64,000 nt of DNA from an uncultured Thermoleophilia bacterium (lineage in GTDB: Bacteria > Actinomycetota > Thermoleophilia > UBA2241). Position numbers and translations under genes: made by a program. Numbering within the stretch: the first letter of the stretch is position 1; the number at the start of each line of letters is the position of its first letter. This document shows, piece by piece, positions 25,343 through 33,995 of this stretch. The notes below the pieces were generated by a model that saw only the letters and a program-made list of their open reading frames with translations, searched no databases and had not been told where the DNA came from. Location: the NCBI GenBank assembly GCA_963715985.1, contig CAVQSP010000011.1, positions 416,001-480,000 of the forward strand, in the 5' to 3' direction.

Positions 25343-25512
25343 AGGTCCTCCTCACGCCCGGGACCGCGGGATCATGTGACGGAGATCGAGCTGCCTCCGG
25401 AGACGTAGCGTCCGGCTTGGCGTGCGCGTACCCCCAGGGCGGCTGGCGTCAAACCGTGGCGCCCGTCAGGGCGTAACGACAGACGAGCCCTCGCCATCCG
25501 CGCTGTCGAACT

Positions 25513-26397
25513 CTAGCGCCCGAGCGCCGCCGCGAGAGCGGCGATGGACTCGGGCGGCGTGCCGCAGCAGCCGCCGACGATGGCGGCGCCGAGGGACGGG
25601 TAGGTCGAGACGACGGCGGCGAAGTGCTCCGGCGTCTCCCCGTACACGGTCTGGCCGGCCTCCAGACGCGGCTGGCCGGCGTTGGGCTGCGCGATCGTGC
25701 GTCCGCCGTTGAGCTCGGCCAGCAGCGGCACGAGCTCGGCCATGGGCTCGGCCGAGATCTCGCAGTTGCAGCCCACGAGGACGGCGCCGGCCTCCCGCAG
25801 GGAGGCGACCGCCGTCGCGGGGTCCACGCCCATCATCGTGCGAAAGCCCTTGGCCGTCGGCTTGAAGGCGAGACTGGCCAGCACCGGCCGCCCATCCGCG
25901 GCCGCCACGGCGGCCTCCACGGCCACGCGCGCCTCGGTGAGGTCGAACATCGTCTCGATGTTGAGCACGTCGACGCCACCGCGCAGGAGGGCCTCCGCCT
26001 GCTCGAAGAACGATGCGCGCAGCGCCTCCGGGTCGGCGTCGCCCATCGGCTTGACCATCTTGCCGGTGGGGCCGATGTCCCCGGCCACGTAGCGGCCGGG
26101 GAACTCGCGGTCGCGGACCCCTGTGGCGAGCCGTGCCCCGGCCTCGTTCAGCTCGATCGCGCGAGCCCCCAGCCCGTGAGCCTCGAGGCGCAGGGAGGTG
26201 CCGCCGAACGTGTTGGTGTTGACCATGTCCGACCCGGCCGCGAAGAAGGCGCGGTGGATGTCCTCCACATCGGCGGGATGAGAGACGTTCCACTCCTCAG
26301 GGCACTCGCCGGCGGCGAACCCCCTCGCCGAGAGCGCGAGGCCGAGGCCGCCGTCGAGCAGCAGCGTGCGTGCCTCGGTGAGCGCGAGAAGGTCCAC
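25513..26397 (-). CDS. Homocysteine S-methyltransferase family protein (stand-alone Hcy-binding domain)
   Basis: LLDGGLG, TNTF, AGDIGPTG, IETMFD, GCNC, PNAG, VGGCCGT. Confidence 0.9.
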   Translation of the reverse strand: MDLLALTEARTLLLDGGLGLALSARGFAAGECPEEWNVSHPADVEDIHRAFFAAGSDMVNTNTFGGTSLRLEAHGLGARAIELNEAGARLATGVRDREFPGRYVAGDIGPTGKMVKPMGDADPEALRASFFEQAEALLRGGVDVLNIETMFDLTEARVAVEAAVAAADGRPVLASLAFKPTAKGFRTMMGVDPATAVASLREAGAVLVGCNCEISAEPMAELVPLLAELNGGRTIAQPNAGQPRLEAGQTVYGETPEHFAAVVSTYPSLGAAIVGGCCGTPPESIAALAAALGR

Positions 26398-26446
26398 GCC
26401 GGCAGTCTAGCAGACGCGCCGCGGGAGCCGCGCCCGTCCTCTCGCG

Positions 26447-27298
26447 TCAGCGGGCCGCGATCTCCCGCACCATCCGGTCGGCCTCGCGGCGCGGCAGGCC
26501 GAGGCAGACGTGCAGCGCCGCCGCGGCGTCGCGCCGCGAGAGACCACGGCCCAGCAGCGTCGCGGCCGCCTCCGCCGCCTGCGGCCGGGCCGCGGCCGCC
26601 TCATCCAGCGCCACGCCCAGGTCGAGGACCATGGTGATCTCGCCGCGCACGCCGCCGCTCGGCCCCATGTCCGGCCCGGGCACCGGGTAGCGCTCGCTGA
26701 GCTCCAGGAGTGTGCCACGCACGATTTCCTCGTGGAGCTTGGTGAGTTCGCGGCACACGGCGGCGCGCGCCTCCGGCAGCTCAGCCGCCAGCGTCGCCAG
26801 GCTCCTCGCCAGCCGCTGCCCCGTCTCGAAAGCCACCACGAGGCCGCCGTTCCGACGCCACCCGTGCAGGTCGGCCTGCAGCTGGCGCGCACGGCGCGGC
26901 AGATACCCGACGAAGCGGAAGCCGTCGCCGTCGAACCCCGCCGCCACCAGCGCCGTGAGCACGGCGGATGCCCCCGGCAGCACCGTGAACTCGAGGCCCT
27001 CGGCCACGGCCCGCACCACGAGGCGCATGCCGGGATCCTGCACGCCCGGCATGCCGGCGTCGGTGACCAGCGCCACATCGCGGCCGTCCCGCAACACTTT
27101 GAGCACCTCCTCCGTCTTCTGCGCCTCGTTGTGCTCGAACAGGCTCGTGAGCGGCACGTGGATGTCGAAGTGGCTGAGGAGCTTGCGCGTGTGCCGGGTG
27201 TCCTCGGCGGCCACCAGCTCCGCGGCGCGCAGGGCGTCCAGCACCCGCGGGGTCACATCTCCCAGGTTGCCGATGGGCGTGGCACAGACGTACAGCAT
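26447..27298 (-). CDS. rsmI: 16S rRNA (cytidine1402-2'-O)-methyltransferase
   Basis: LYVCATPIGNLGD, AEDTR, DAGMPGVQDPG, CRELTKLHEE. Confidence 0.95.
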   Translation of the reverse strand: MLYVCATPIGNLGDVTPRVLDALRAAELVAAEDTRHTRKLLSHFDIHVPLTSLFEHNEAQKTEEVLKVLRDGRDVALVTDAGMPGVQDPGMRLVVRAVAEGLEFTVLPGASAVLTALVAAGFDGDGFRFVGYLPRRARQLQADLHGWRRNGGLVVAFETGQRLARSLATLAAELPEARAAVCRELTKLHEEIVRGTLLELSERYPVPGPDMGPSGGVRGEITMVLDLGVALDEAAAARPQAAEAAATLLGRGLSRRDAAAALHVCLGLPRREADRMVREIAAR

Positions 27299-27302
27299 GG
27301 CG

Positions 27303-27854
27303 CTACTCCTTCAGAAAGGTCTCGACGAAGAGGACATCGACCAGCCGCCCTCCGGCGCGCGCGTGGCGGCGGGCGGTCCCGACCACGCTGAAGCCGAGAC
27401 TCAGGTGGTAGGCGAGCGAGTCGACGTTGTCGGCGCGGATGTCCGTGAACACCTTCTCGTAGCCCAGAGCGATGGCGGCGGCGAAGGACTCGGCGGCCAG
27501 CCGCCGCCCCACGCCCCTGCGCCGGGACGCCGCGTCCACGTAGGTGCCCATCGTGGCCACGTGGTCGAACTCCGTGGTGACGAACGTGTTCCACGGCTCC
27601 ACGGTCTGGAACCCGACGATGCCGCGATCCGGGGCTTCAGCGACGTGGATGAAGCCGCGCGCAGGCAGGCCCTCGATGAAGGCGCGCTCCTCGGCTACGG
27701 TGAACTGCGTATCCAGCAGACTGTGGCGTCCGCCTGCGATGATCGCGTTGAGCACCGCCGCCACGGCGGCCGCGTCGGCGGGCGTGGCGCGCCGCACCCG
27801 CAGGCCGCCTTCCCCATTGCTGTGCTGGTGCACGTCACCCCCTGGGTCTTTCAC
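27303..27854 (-). CDS. GNAT family N-acetyltransferase
   Basis: VRRATPADAAA, YVDAASRRRGVGRRL, N..SLAYH..LGF; start uncertain (27833 possible). Confidence 0.85.
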   Translation of the reverse strand: MKDPGGDVHQHSNGEGGLRVRRATPADAAAVAAVLNAIIAGGRHSLLDTQFTVAEERAFIEGLPARGFIHVAEAPDRGIVGFQTVEPWNTFVTTEFDHVATMGTYVDAASRRRGVGRRLAAESFAAAIALGYEKVFTDIRADNVDSLAYHLSLGFSVVGTARRHARAGGRLVDVLFVETFLKE

Positions 27855-27926
27855 CCCATTCTTTCAGCGGCGGCGAGTTGTTTCGAGTAGTTTGCGGAAC
27901 TGTGCAGGTGACAGAAGGGGGACGCC

Positions 27927-28127
27927 ATGGTACTGGAACTCATGATCTGTCCCGAGTGTGGCGCGGAGTTCGGCGACGACCTGTTCTCGGAAGACCCCAG
28001 CGAGACGTTCGTCTGCCCGCTGTGCGGCACGGTCGCCCTCGACGCGATACCGGTCGAGGACCGCATTCTCCACATCCACGCCTTTGCCCCTCCGGCGCCG
28101 CCGGAGCAAGAGCGGCTTTCGGCCTGA
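27927..28127 (+). CDS. Small acidic zinc-ribbon protein
   Basis: ICPECG...VCPLCG; RBS-like AAGGGGGA upstream; followed by a hairpin. Confidence 0.65.
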   Translation: MVLELMICPECGAEFGDDLFSEDPSETFVCPLCGTVALDAIPVEDRILHIHAFAPPAPPEQERLSA

Positions 28128-28145
28128 CCCCGGCCGGGCGTGGAA

Positions 28146-28190
28146 GGCGAGCCGGGACGCCGGGAGGCGCCCCGGCTCGCCGTACCTTTT
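28146..28190 (+). terminator. Intrinsic terminator-like hairpin
   Basis: GGCGAGCCGGGACGCC-ggga-GGCGCCCCGGCTCGCC followed by GTACCTTTT. Confidence 0.55.
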
Positions 28191-28205
28191 GGGTAGACTG
28201 CCGGC

Positions 28206-28646
28206 ATGGACTCGTGGGCGCAGCACATCCGCGTGGCGCGGCTCACCGACGCGGCGGACCTTGCCATCCTCTGTGGCCAGCTCGGCTACCCATCCGGGAA
28301 AGGACAGGTGCGCGACCGGCTGTGCCTCCTGGACGACCCGGAGCGCACGCTGCTCGTAGCCGCGCCGGCGCATGGACTGGCCGGCTTCATCGACGTGCAC
28401 GTGCAGCGTACGATCGAGGAGGACGCCTACGCAGAGGTCGGCGGGCTGGTGGTGGCCGCGGAGCACCGCGGCTCCGGCGCAGGCGCCGCCCTCCTCGAGG
28501 CGGCCGCGGCCTGGTCGCGTGAACGTGGCCTGGCTCATCTCCGGATCCGCGCCAACCTGGCCCGCGGGGCGGCCGCCCACGGCTTCTACGTACGCGTCGG
28601 CTGCCGGACGGTCAAGGACCAGCGTGTGTACGAGTACCCGCTGTGA
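28206..28646 (+). CDS. GNAT family N-acetyltransferase
   Basis: LCGQLGYP, LVVAAEHRGSGAGAALL, AHGFY..VG. Confidence 0.88.
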   Translation: MDSWAQHIRVARLTDAADLAILCGQLGYPSGKGQVRDRLCLLDDPERTLLVAAPAHGLAGFIDVHVQRTIEEDAYAEVGGLVVAAEHRGSGAGAALLEAAAAWSRERGLAHLRIRANLARGAAAHGFYVRVGCRTVKDQRVYEYPL

Positions 28647-29488
28647 AGCGCATCGTGCTCGGCGACAACCTCGAGGTGCTCCACACCCTGCCGGACGGGT
28701 GTGCCCGGCTGATCTACATCGACCCGCCCTTCAACACCGGGCGCGCGCAGTCCAGGACGCGGCTGCGCACCACGCGCGACGAGGGGGGCGACCGCCGCGG
28801 CTTCGGCGGGCGGCGATACCGCACGGAGGTCGTGGGCCACGCCACGTGGCCGGACGCCTTCGACGACTACCTCGGGTTCCTTGCGCCGCGCCTCGAAGAG
28901 GCGCGGCGCATCCTCAGCCCCGACGGGTCGCTCTTCTTCCACATCGACAGCCGCGAGGCGCACTACTGCAAGGTCTTGCTCGACGGTATCTTCGGCCGCG
29001 CCTCGTTCCTCAACGAGATCGTCTGGGCCTACGACTACGGAGGCCGGTCCCGCTCCCGCTGGCCGGCCAAGCACGACAGCATCTTCTGGTACGCGGTGGA
29101 TCCCGCACGCTACGTGTTCCGCTACGACGACATCGACCGGGTACCGTACATGGCGCCGCGTCTGGCCGGCCCCGAGAAGGCGGCCCGCGGCAAGACGCCC
29201 ACCGACGTCTGGTGGCTCACCATCGTGAGTCCGACGGGCAGGGAGAAGACCGGCTACCCCACGCAGAAGCCGCTCAAGCTCCTCGAGCGGATCGTGCGCG
29301 TGCACTCCGACCCCGGCGACCTCGTCGTGGACTTCTTCGCCGGCAGCGGGACCACCGGTGAGGCGGCGGCGCGCTGCGGGCGCGACTACCTGCTCGTGGA
29401 CGACAATCCCGAGGCGGTGGCAGTGATGACGCGCAGGCTCGCATGGGACGGCCCCGAGGTGGCCGGGGCGCCAGACGCAGGCCGCTGA
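28643..29488 (+). CDS. Site-specific DNA methyltransferase (N4-C/N6-A, beta class), orphan
   Basis: GDNL, YIDPPF (motif IV), YPTQKP, DFFAGSGTT (motif I after IV). Confidence 0.92.
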   Translation: MKRIVLGDNLEVLHTLPDGCARLIYIDPPFNTGRAQSRTRLRTTRDEGGDRRGFGGRRYRTEVVGHATWPDAFDDYLGFLAPRLEEARRILSPDGSLFFHIDSREAHYCKVLLDGIFGRASFLNEIVWAYDYGGRSRSRWPAKHDSIFWYAVDPARYVFRYDDIDRVPYMAPRLAGPEKAARGKTPTDVWWLTIVSPTGREKTGYPTQKPLKLLERIVRVHSDPGDLVVDFFAGSGTTGEAAARCGRDYLLVDDNPEAVAVMTRRLAWDGPEVAGAPDAGR

Positions 29489-29496
29489 ACACGACG

Positions 29497-29528
29497 AAGG
29501 GGCCGGCTCCTTGCGGAGCCGGCCCCTT
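29497..29528. terminator. Bidirectional hairpin between convergent methyltransferase and ferredoxin genes
   Basis: Perfect inverted repeat AAGGGGCCGGCTCC-ttgc-GGAGCCGGCCCCTT. Confidence 0.8.
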
Positions 29529-29554
29529 GAAGCGTCAGGCGATGTGTGTCCCGG

Positions 29555-29782
<228 letters not shown>

Positions 29783-29785
29783 TCA

Positions 29786-29815
29786 AATCTACCGATACGG
29801 CCGGAGCGAAGTCAA
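29786..29815 (-). promoter_or_regulatory. Sigma-A-like promoter of the ferredoxin gene
   Basis: TTGACT-N18-TAGATT on the minus strand; the -35 overlaps the ROK stop codon. Confidence 0.6.
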
Positions 29816-30831
29816 GAAAGGCCCCGGCGCTCGTCCGCGAAGAGCTCCACGAGGGCGAGCGCCGCAGCGCCGATGAACCCGGCGTCCGGCCCCAGCGCGG
29901 CCGGCACGATGCGGACCTGGTCGCGGGCCGGCTGCAGGCCCCGGGCAGCGAGCACGCGGCGGGCGGGCTCGAAGAGCAGCTCGCCGGCCGCCGCCGCGCC
30001 GCCGCCGATGACGATGAGCTCCGGGTTGAAGATGTTGACGAGCGTGACCAGCCCGGCGCCGAGGTACTCGCCGATGCCGGCGAGCACGGCCACGGCGCCC
30101 GGGTCGCCCTCCAGGCCGAGCCGGGTGAGCAGTGGGCCGTCCACGATCTCGCCGGCGCCGAGGGCCCGTCCCAGGGCGGACTGCGGGTGGGCGCGCGCCT
30201 CGGCGAGCGCGGCCCGCGCCATCGCCGGCCCGGCCACATAGGCCTCCAGGCAGCCGTGGTTCGGGCAGTCCGCCGGGCACTTGACCCCGTTGACGTCGAC
30301 GATGAGATGGCCGAGCTCGGCGCCCGCCCCGGAGAGCCCGCGGAACAGGCGGCCGCCGCAGACGATGCCGCCACCCACGCCGGTCCCCAGAGTCAGCATC
30401 ACCATCTCGGGGCTGCCCACGCCGGCGCCGAACACGGCCTCGCCGAGGGCGGCGCCGTTGGCGTCGTTGTCGACGACCACGGGCACGCCGAGGCGCTCCG
30501 CCAGCACGTCGCGCAGGGGCACATCGGTGAGCGGCAGGTTGACGGAACGGACGATGCGTCCGCCGGCGAAGTCGACCATCGACGCCACGCCCACGCCCAC
30601 CGCCTCTACCCCGCCGGCGCCGACGATGTCCTCGAGGAGCGCGACAACGCCGTCCAGGCACGCGTCCGGGGACGAGACCTCCGTGGGCGCCGTGAACCGC
30701 GCCTCCACACGAGGCGTCTCCTGAGGAGTGAGCGAACGCGCGGCGGCGGCAGGAAGACGGACGCGGAGCAGGGCGGCGGCCGTCTTGGTGCCGCCGATAT
30801 CCACGCCGACGATGGTGCGCTGCGGGCCCAC
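29812..30831 (-). CDS. ROK family sugar kinase (glucokinase-like)
   Basis: GVDIGGTK, VDNDAN, LGTGVGGG, AELGH, C...CPNHGCLE; start trimmed to the GTG at 30831. Confidence 0.9.
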   Translation of the reverse strand: MGPQRTIVGVDIGGTKTAAALLRVRLPAAAARSLTPQETPRVEARFTAPTEVSSPDACLDGVVALLEDIVGAGGVEAVGVGVASMVDFAGGRIVRSVNLPLTDVPLRDVLAERLGVPVVVDNDANGAALGEAVFGAGVGSPEMVMLTLGTGVGGGIVCGGRLFRGLSGAGAELGHLIVDVNGVKCPADCPNHGCLEAYVAGPAMARAALAEARAHPQSALGRALGAGEIVDGPLLTRLGLEGDPGAVAVLAGIGEYLGAGLVTLVNIFNPELIVIGGGAAAAGELLFEPARRVLAARGLQPARDQVRIVPAALGPDAGFIGAAALALVELFADERRGLS

Positions 30832-30975
30832 GACGACCCGCAGCTTACCATGGTGTAGACTCGAGACTGCAGGAAACGCCCGCCCCGAGGCGTAGTCAGG
30901 TGTCAGGCCGCACGACCCGCTCCCCGAACCGACCGCGACGCTGGACGTTGCCTGCGCCACGAGCGAGAGCTGTAG

Positions 30976-32164
30976 ATGCCAGACGAGGACAACGGCGGGC
31001 GTAAGCCCTACAAGACGTACAAGGCCGGCCGCGGCAAGCGCAGACCCATCGACGACGAGCTGGCCGGCGCCCGTCCCCCCAGCCGGCCGCACGGCGCGCA
31101 GGACGAGCCGCAACGACCCGACGGAGGCGCCGCTCCCGCGGCTCCGGCCACATCCGCGGCGCCCCAGGACAAGGACTACCGCCGCTACGGCCCCGCGCCC
31201 CTTAACGGTGGCAAGAGCAAGGCCGCCACGAACGGCGGCGGGGGCCGGCGGCGCTTCCGCTGGTGGTTCATCCCCGTCGGCCTCTTCGTCGCCGTCGTCG
31301 TCGCGTGCGTCGTGGTGACGGTGATCGCCTGGCCCGGCTACCAGAAGTTCGACCGGGCCGTGGACAAGGCCAACGCGCGCGTCGACAACAAGACGCGCGC
31401 GCAGCTCTCACCCGACCAGGGCTGGATCTGGCGCAAGGGCACCACTCTGCTGCTCTTCGGCGTGGACAGCAAGGCCGGCGAGCCGGCCCGCTCGGACACC
31501 ATCATACTGATGCGCTTCGATCCGGGTACGCATACCATCAACCAGCTCTCCATCCCGCGCGACACGCGCGTCCAGCTCCCCAACGGCAGCGTCGACAAGA
31601 TCAATGCGGCCATGTTCTGGGGCGGACCGTCGATGGCAGTACAGACGGTCGAGGAGTTCACCGGCATCCCGGTGAACCACGTCATGATCGTCGACTTCAA
31701 GGGGTTCCCGCGGCTCGTCAACGCCGTCGGCGGCGTGGACATGCGCGTGCCGACGACCATCAGCACGGTGGCCGGAGCCAACGGCCGCACCGTGGTGTTC
31801 AGGAAGGGCATGCACCACTTCGACGGCAAGTACGCCATGCTGTACGTGCGCATCCGCTACGCCGACGACGACTTCCACAGGGCTGCCCGCCAGCAGGCCT
31901 TCGTGCAGGCGTTGCAGAAGAAGATCGCGCAGCCCTCCAACATCACCAAGCTCCCCGAGATCGGCAAGAAGTTCATGAGCGGCGTGGCCACCGACCTCAC
32001 CACCAACCAGATCCTCCAGCTCGGCTACCTCAAGTGGCGTGCGAAGGGCGGCAAGAAGGTCGTCATGGTCGGCACAGCCCGGCTGGGAGGGCGGGGTCGC
32101 CTACGTCTTCCCGCCCGACGAGGCAGCCAAGGACAAGATGGTGAAGCAGTTCCTCGGCGAGTGA
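30976..32164 (+). CDS. LCP (LytR-CpsA-Psr) family protein (+1 frameshift near 32075)
   Basis: TM helix, LLFGVD, RSDTI, SIPRDT, KINAA, RAARQQ; the true C-terminus GWEGGVAYVFPP...FLGE* is in the adjacent frame. Confidence 0.9.
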
Positions 32165-32219
32165 TGCCGTGGCGCGGCGCCGCGCACTCGCGGGCGCGCC
32201 CGAGCGGTCGCGGCGCTGC

Positions 32220-33203
32220 TCAGTACTCCACCGCGACGAGCGCCAGACCGCGAGCCGGCGCCGTCTGACCCGCGCGCCGGCGCTCCCCGCTCGCCAGCGC
32301 TGCCGCGAACTCGTCGACCGACATCCTGCCTTGGGCCACGTCCACCATCGAGCCCACGGCCACGCGGACCATGTTGTGCAGGAAGCTGCCGGCGCGGATG
32401 GTGAAGACCCACTCGCTCGGGCCGGCCTCGTCCCAGCGCGAGGCGGGATCGGTGGGCAGACGCGACGTGGCGCCCGCCCGATGGTAGGCAGCAGCGCCCG
32501 GCTGCACCTGCCCAGCGGAGTCTGACCGCACGTGCCCAGCGGCGTCTGAGTGTCCCGGCGACGCCGGGCCGGGCTGCCCGCCCTCCGCCGGCGCCCAGAC
32601 GGCGCTGTACACCTCACGCACGCAGCTGTGATAGAGCCGGGCCGACGGCGTGAGCGCCGCGAAGTCGTGGCGCCCGGGCAGCAGGGCGGCGGCCTCCGCC
32701 AGCAGCCCGACGTCGGGCCGGCCGCGCACAGGCCACACGTATGCGCGGTCGCGCACGGGCTTCGCCGGTGACACCCACAGGCGATACTCGTACGTGCGCG
32801 CCACAGCCTCGCGGGCCACGAAGCCGGCCGGCGCCGGTTCCGCGCTCATCACACCGATGTCGGGGGGCAGCACGGCGTTCAGCGACCTCCGCAGCCGTTG
32901 CGGGGGGAGGTCCGCGCGCGCACAGGTGAAGGAGGCCACCTGCGCCCAGGCGTGCACCCCGGCGTCGGTGCGCCCGGCCACGCTCAGGCGGACGGGCTCG
33001 CGCAGAACCATGGCGAGCGCCTCCTCGATGGTGCCCTGGACGGTCCGCTCTCCGGGCTGGCACGCCCAGCCGCGGTAGGCCGTGCCCTCATAGGCGAGGT
33101 CGAGACGCCAGACTGAGCGCTCGCCGGGCACGGCAGGTTCGGCCCCGATGGGTGCCTCATCGCGGGGCAGCGCCCCCGTCTCCGTGCCGCCGATGCCGCT
33201 CAC
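32220..33203 (-). CDS. truA: tRNA pseudouridine(38-40) synthase
   Basis: LAYEGTAYRGW, AGRTDAGVHA, GRHDF, FLHNMVR, TAPARGL. Confidence 0.93.
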   Translation of the reverse strand: MSGIGGTETGALPRDEAPIGAEPAVPGERSVWRLDLAYEGTAYRGWACQPGERTVQGTIEEALAMVLREPVRLSVAGRTDAGVHAWAQVASFTCARADLPPQRLRRSLNAVLPPDIGVMSAEPAPAGFVAREAVARTYEYRLWVSPAKPVRDRAYVWPVRGRPDVGLLAEAAALLPGRHDFAALTPSARLYHSCVREVYSAVWAPAEGGQPGPASPGHSDAAGHVRSDSAGQVQPGAAAYHRAGATSRLPTDPASRWDEAGPSEWVFTIRAGSFLHNMVRVAVGSMVDVAQGRMSVDEFAAALASGERRRAGQTAPARGLALVAVEY

Positions 33204-33212
33204 TGACGCATC

Positions 33213-33995
33213 CTACAGGAGCAGCCCGGCGGCGATGACGGCGGCCGTGAGCGCGAGCAGGACGGCGTCCGCCGGCCGAGCTCGCAGCGGATACAGGCGC
33301 GTGCGGAGCACACCGGGGCGGTAGCAGCGCGCCTCCATGGCCAGCGCCAGCTCATCTGCGCGGCGGAAGCTCAGCACGAACAGGGGGACGAGCACAGGCA
33401 CCAGGGCGCGGGCGCGCGTGACGAGCCCCCCGCTGCGAAAGTCGGCGCCGCGCGCCCGCTGCGCCCGCATGATGGTGTCCAGCTCGACCAGCAGCGTGGG
33501 GATGAAGCGCAGGGCGATGGTGACCATGAGCGCGAGCTCGTCGGTGGGCACGTGCAGGCGCCGCAACGGCCTGCCCAGCCAGGCGAGGCCGTCGGTGAGC
33601 GCGATGGGCGGCGTGGTCAGGGTGAGCACTGAGCCGATCAGCACGAGGACGACCAGGCGCAGGCTGAGATAGGTGGCGAACTCGAGGCCCTGCCACGAGA
33701 GGTGGATGAAGCCCACGCTGAAGAAGGGCTCGCCGGGAGCGAACAGCACCTGGAAGAAGAACGTGAGCCCGACCAGCCAGAGGAGCGGACGGAAGGCGCG
33801 CCAGAACCACGCCGCCGGCACCCCGCTGATGGCGTAGGCGAGGATGGCGGCGGCGGCGTACACAGCGAGCGTGATGAACGAGTCACGCACGAAGAGAGCG
33901 ATGGCGAACGCGGTCACGGCCACGAACTTGCTGCGGGGGTCCAGCCGGTGGATGACCGACGTGCCGGGGTAGTACTGCGCGATCGTCGCCTTCAC
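33213..33995 (-). CDS. ecfT: ECF transporter transmembrane component
   Basis: SVIHRLDPRSK, IALRFIPTL, AQRARG, AMEARCY. Confidence 0.92.
   Translation of the reverse strand: MKATIAQYYPGTSVIHRLDPRSKFVAVTAFAIALFVRDSFITLAVYAAAAILAYAISGVPAAWFWRAFRPLLWLVGLTFFFQVLFAPGEPFFSVGFIHLSWQGLEFATYLSLRLVVLVLIGSVLTLTTPPIALTDGLAWLGRPLRRLHVPTDELALMVTIALRFIPTLLVELDTIMRAQRARGADFRSGGLVTRARALVPVLVPLFVLSFRRADELALAMEARCYRPGVLRTRLYPLRARPADAVLLALTAAVIAAGLLL

Noticed and set aside
27927-28127. LysW/ArgW amino-group carrier protein
   Set aside because: It lacks the C-terminal EDWGE motif, and there are no lysX/argX genes nearby.
24484-29488. Res fragment plus DNA methyltransferase as one type III RM system
   Set aside because: They are 4 kb apart on opposite strands with housekeeping genes between, and the 281-aa methylase is too short for a typical Mod subunit.
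30860-30975. Possible riboswitch in the LCP gene leader
   Set aside because: No recognisable aptamer consensus or convincing stable structure by eye.
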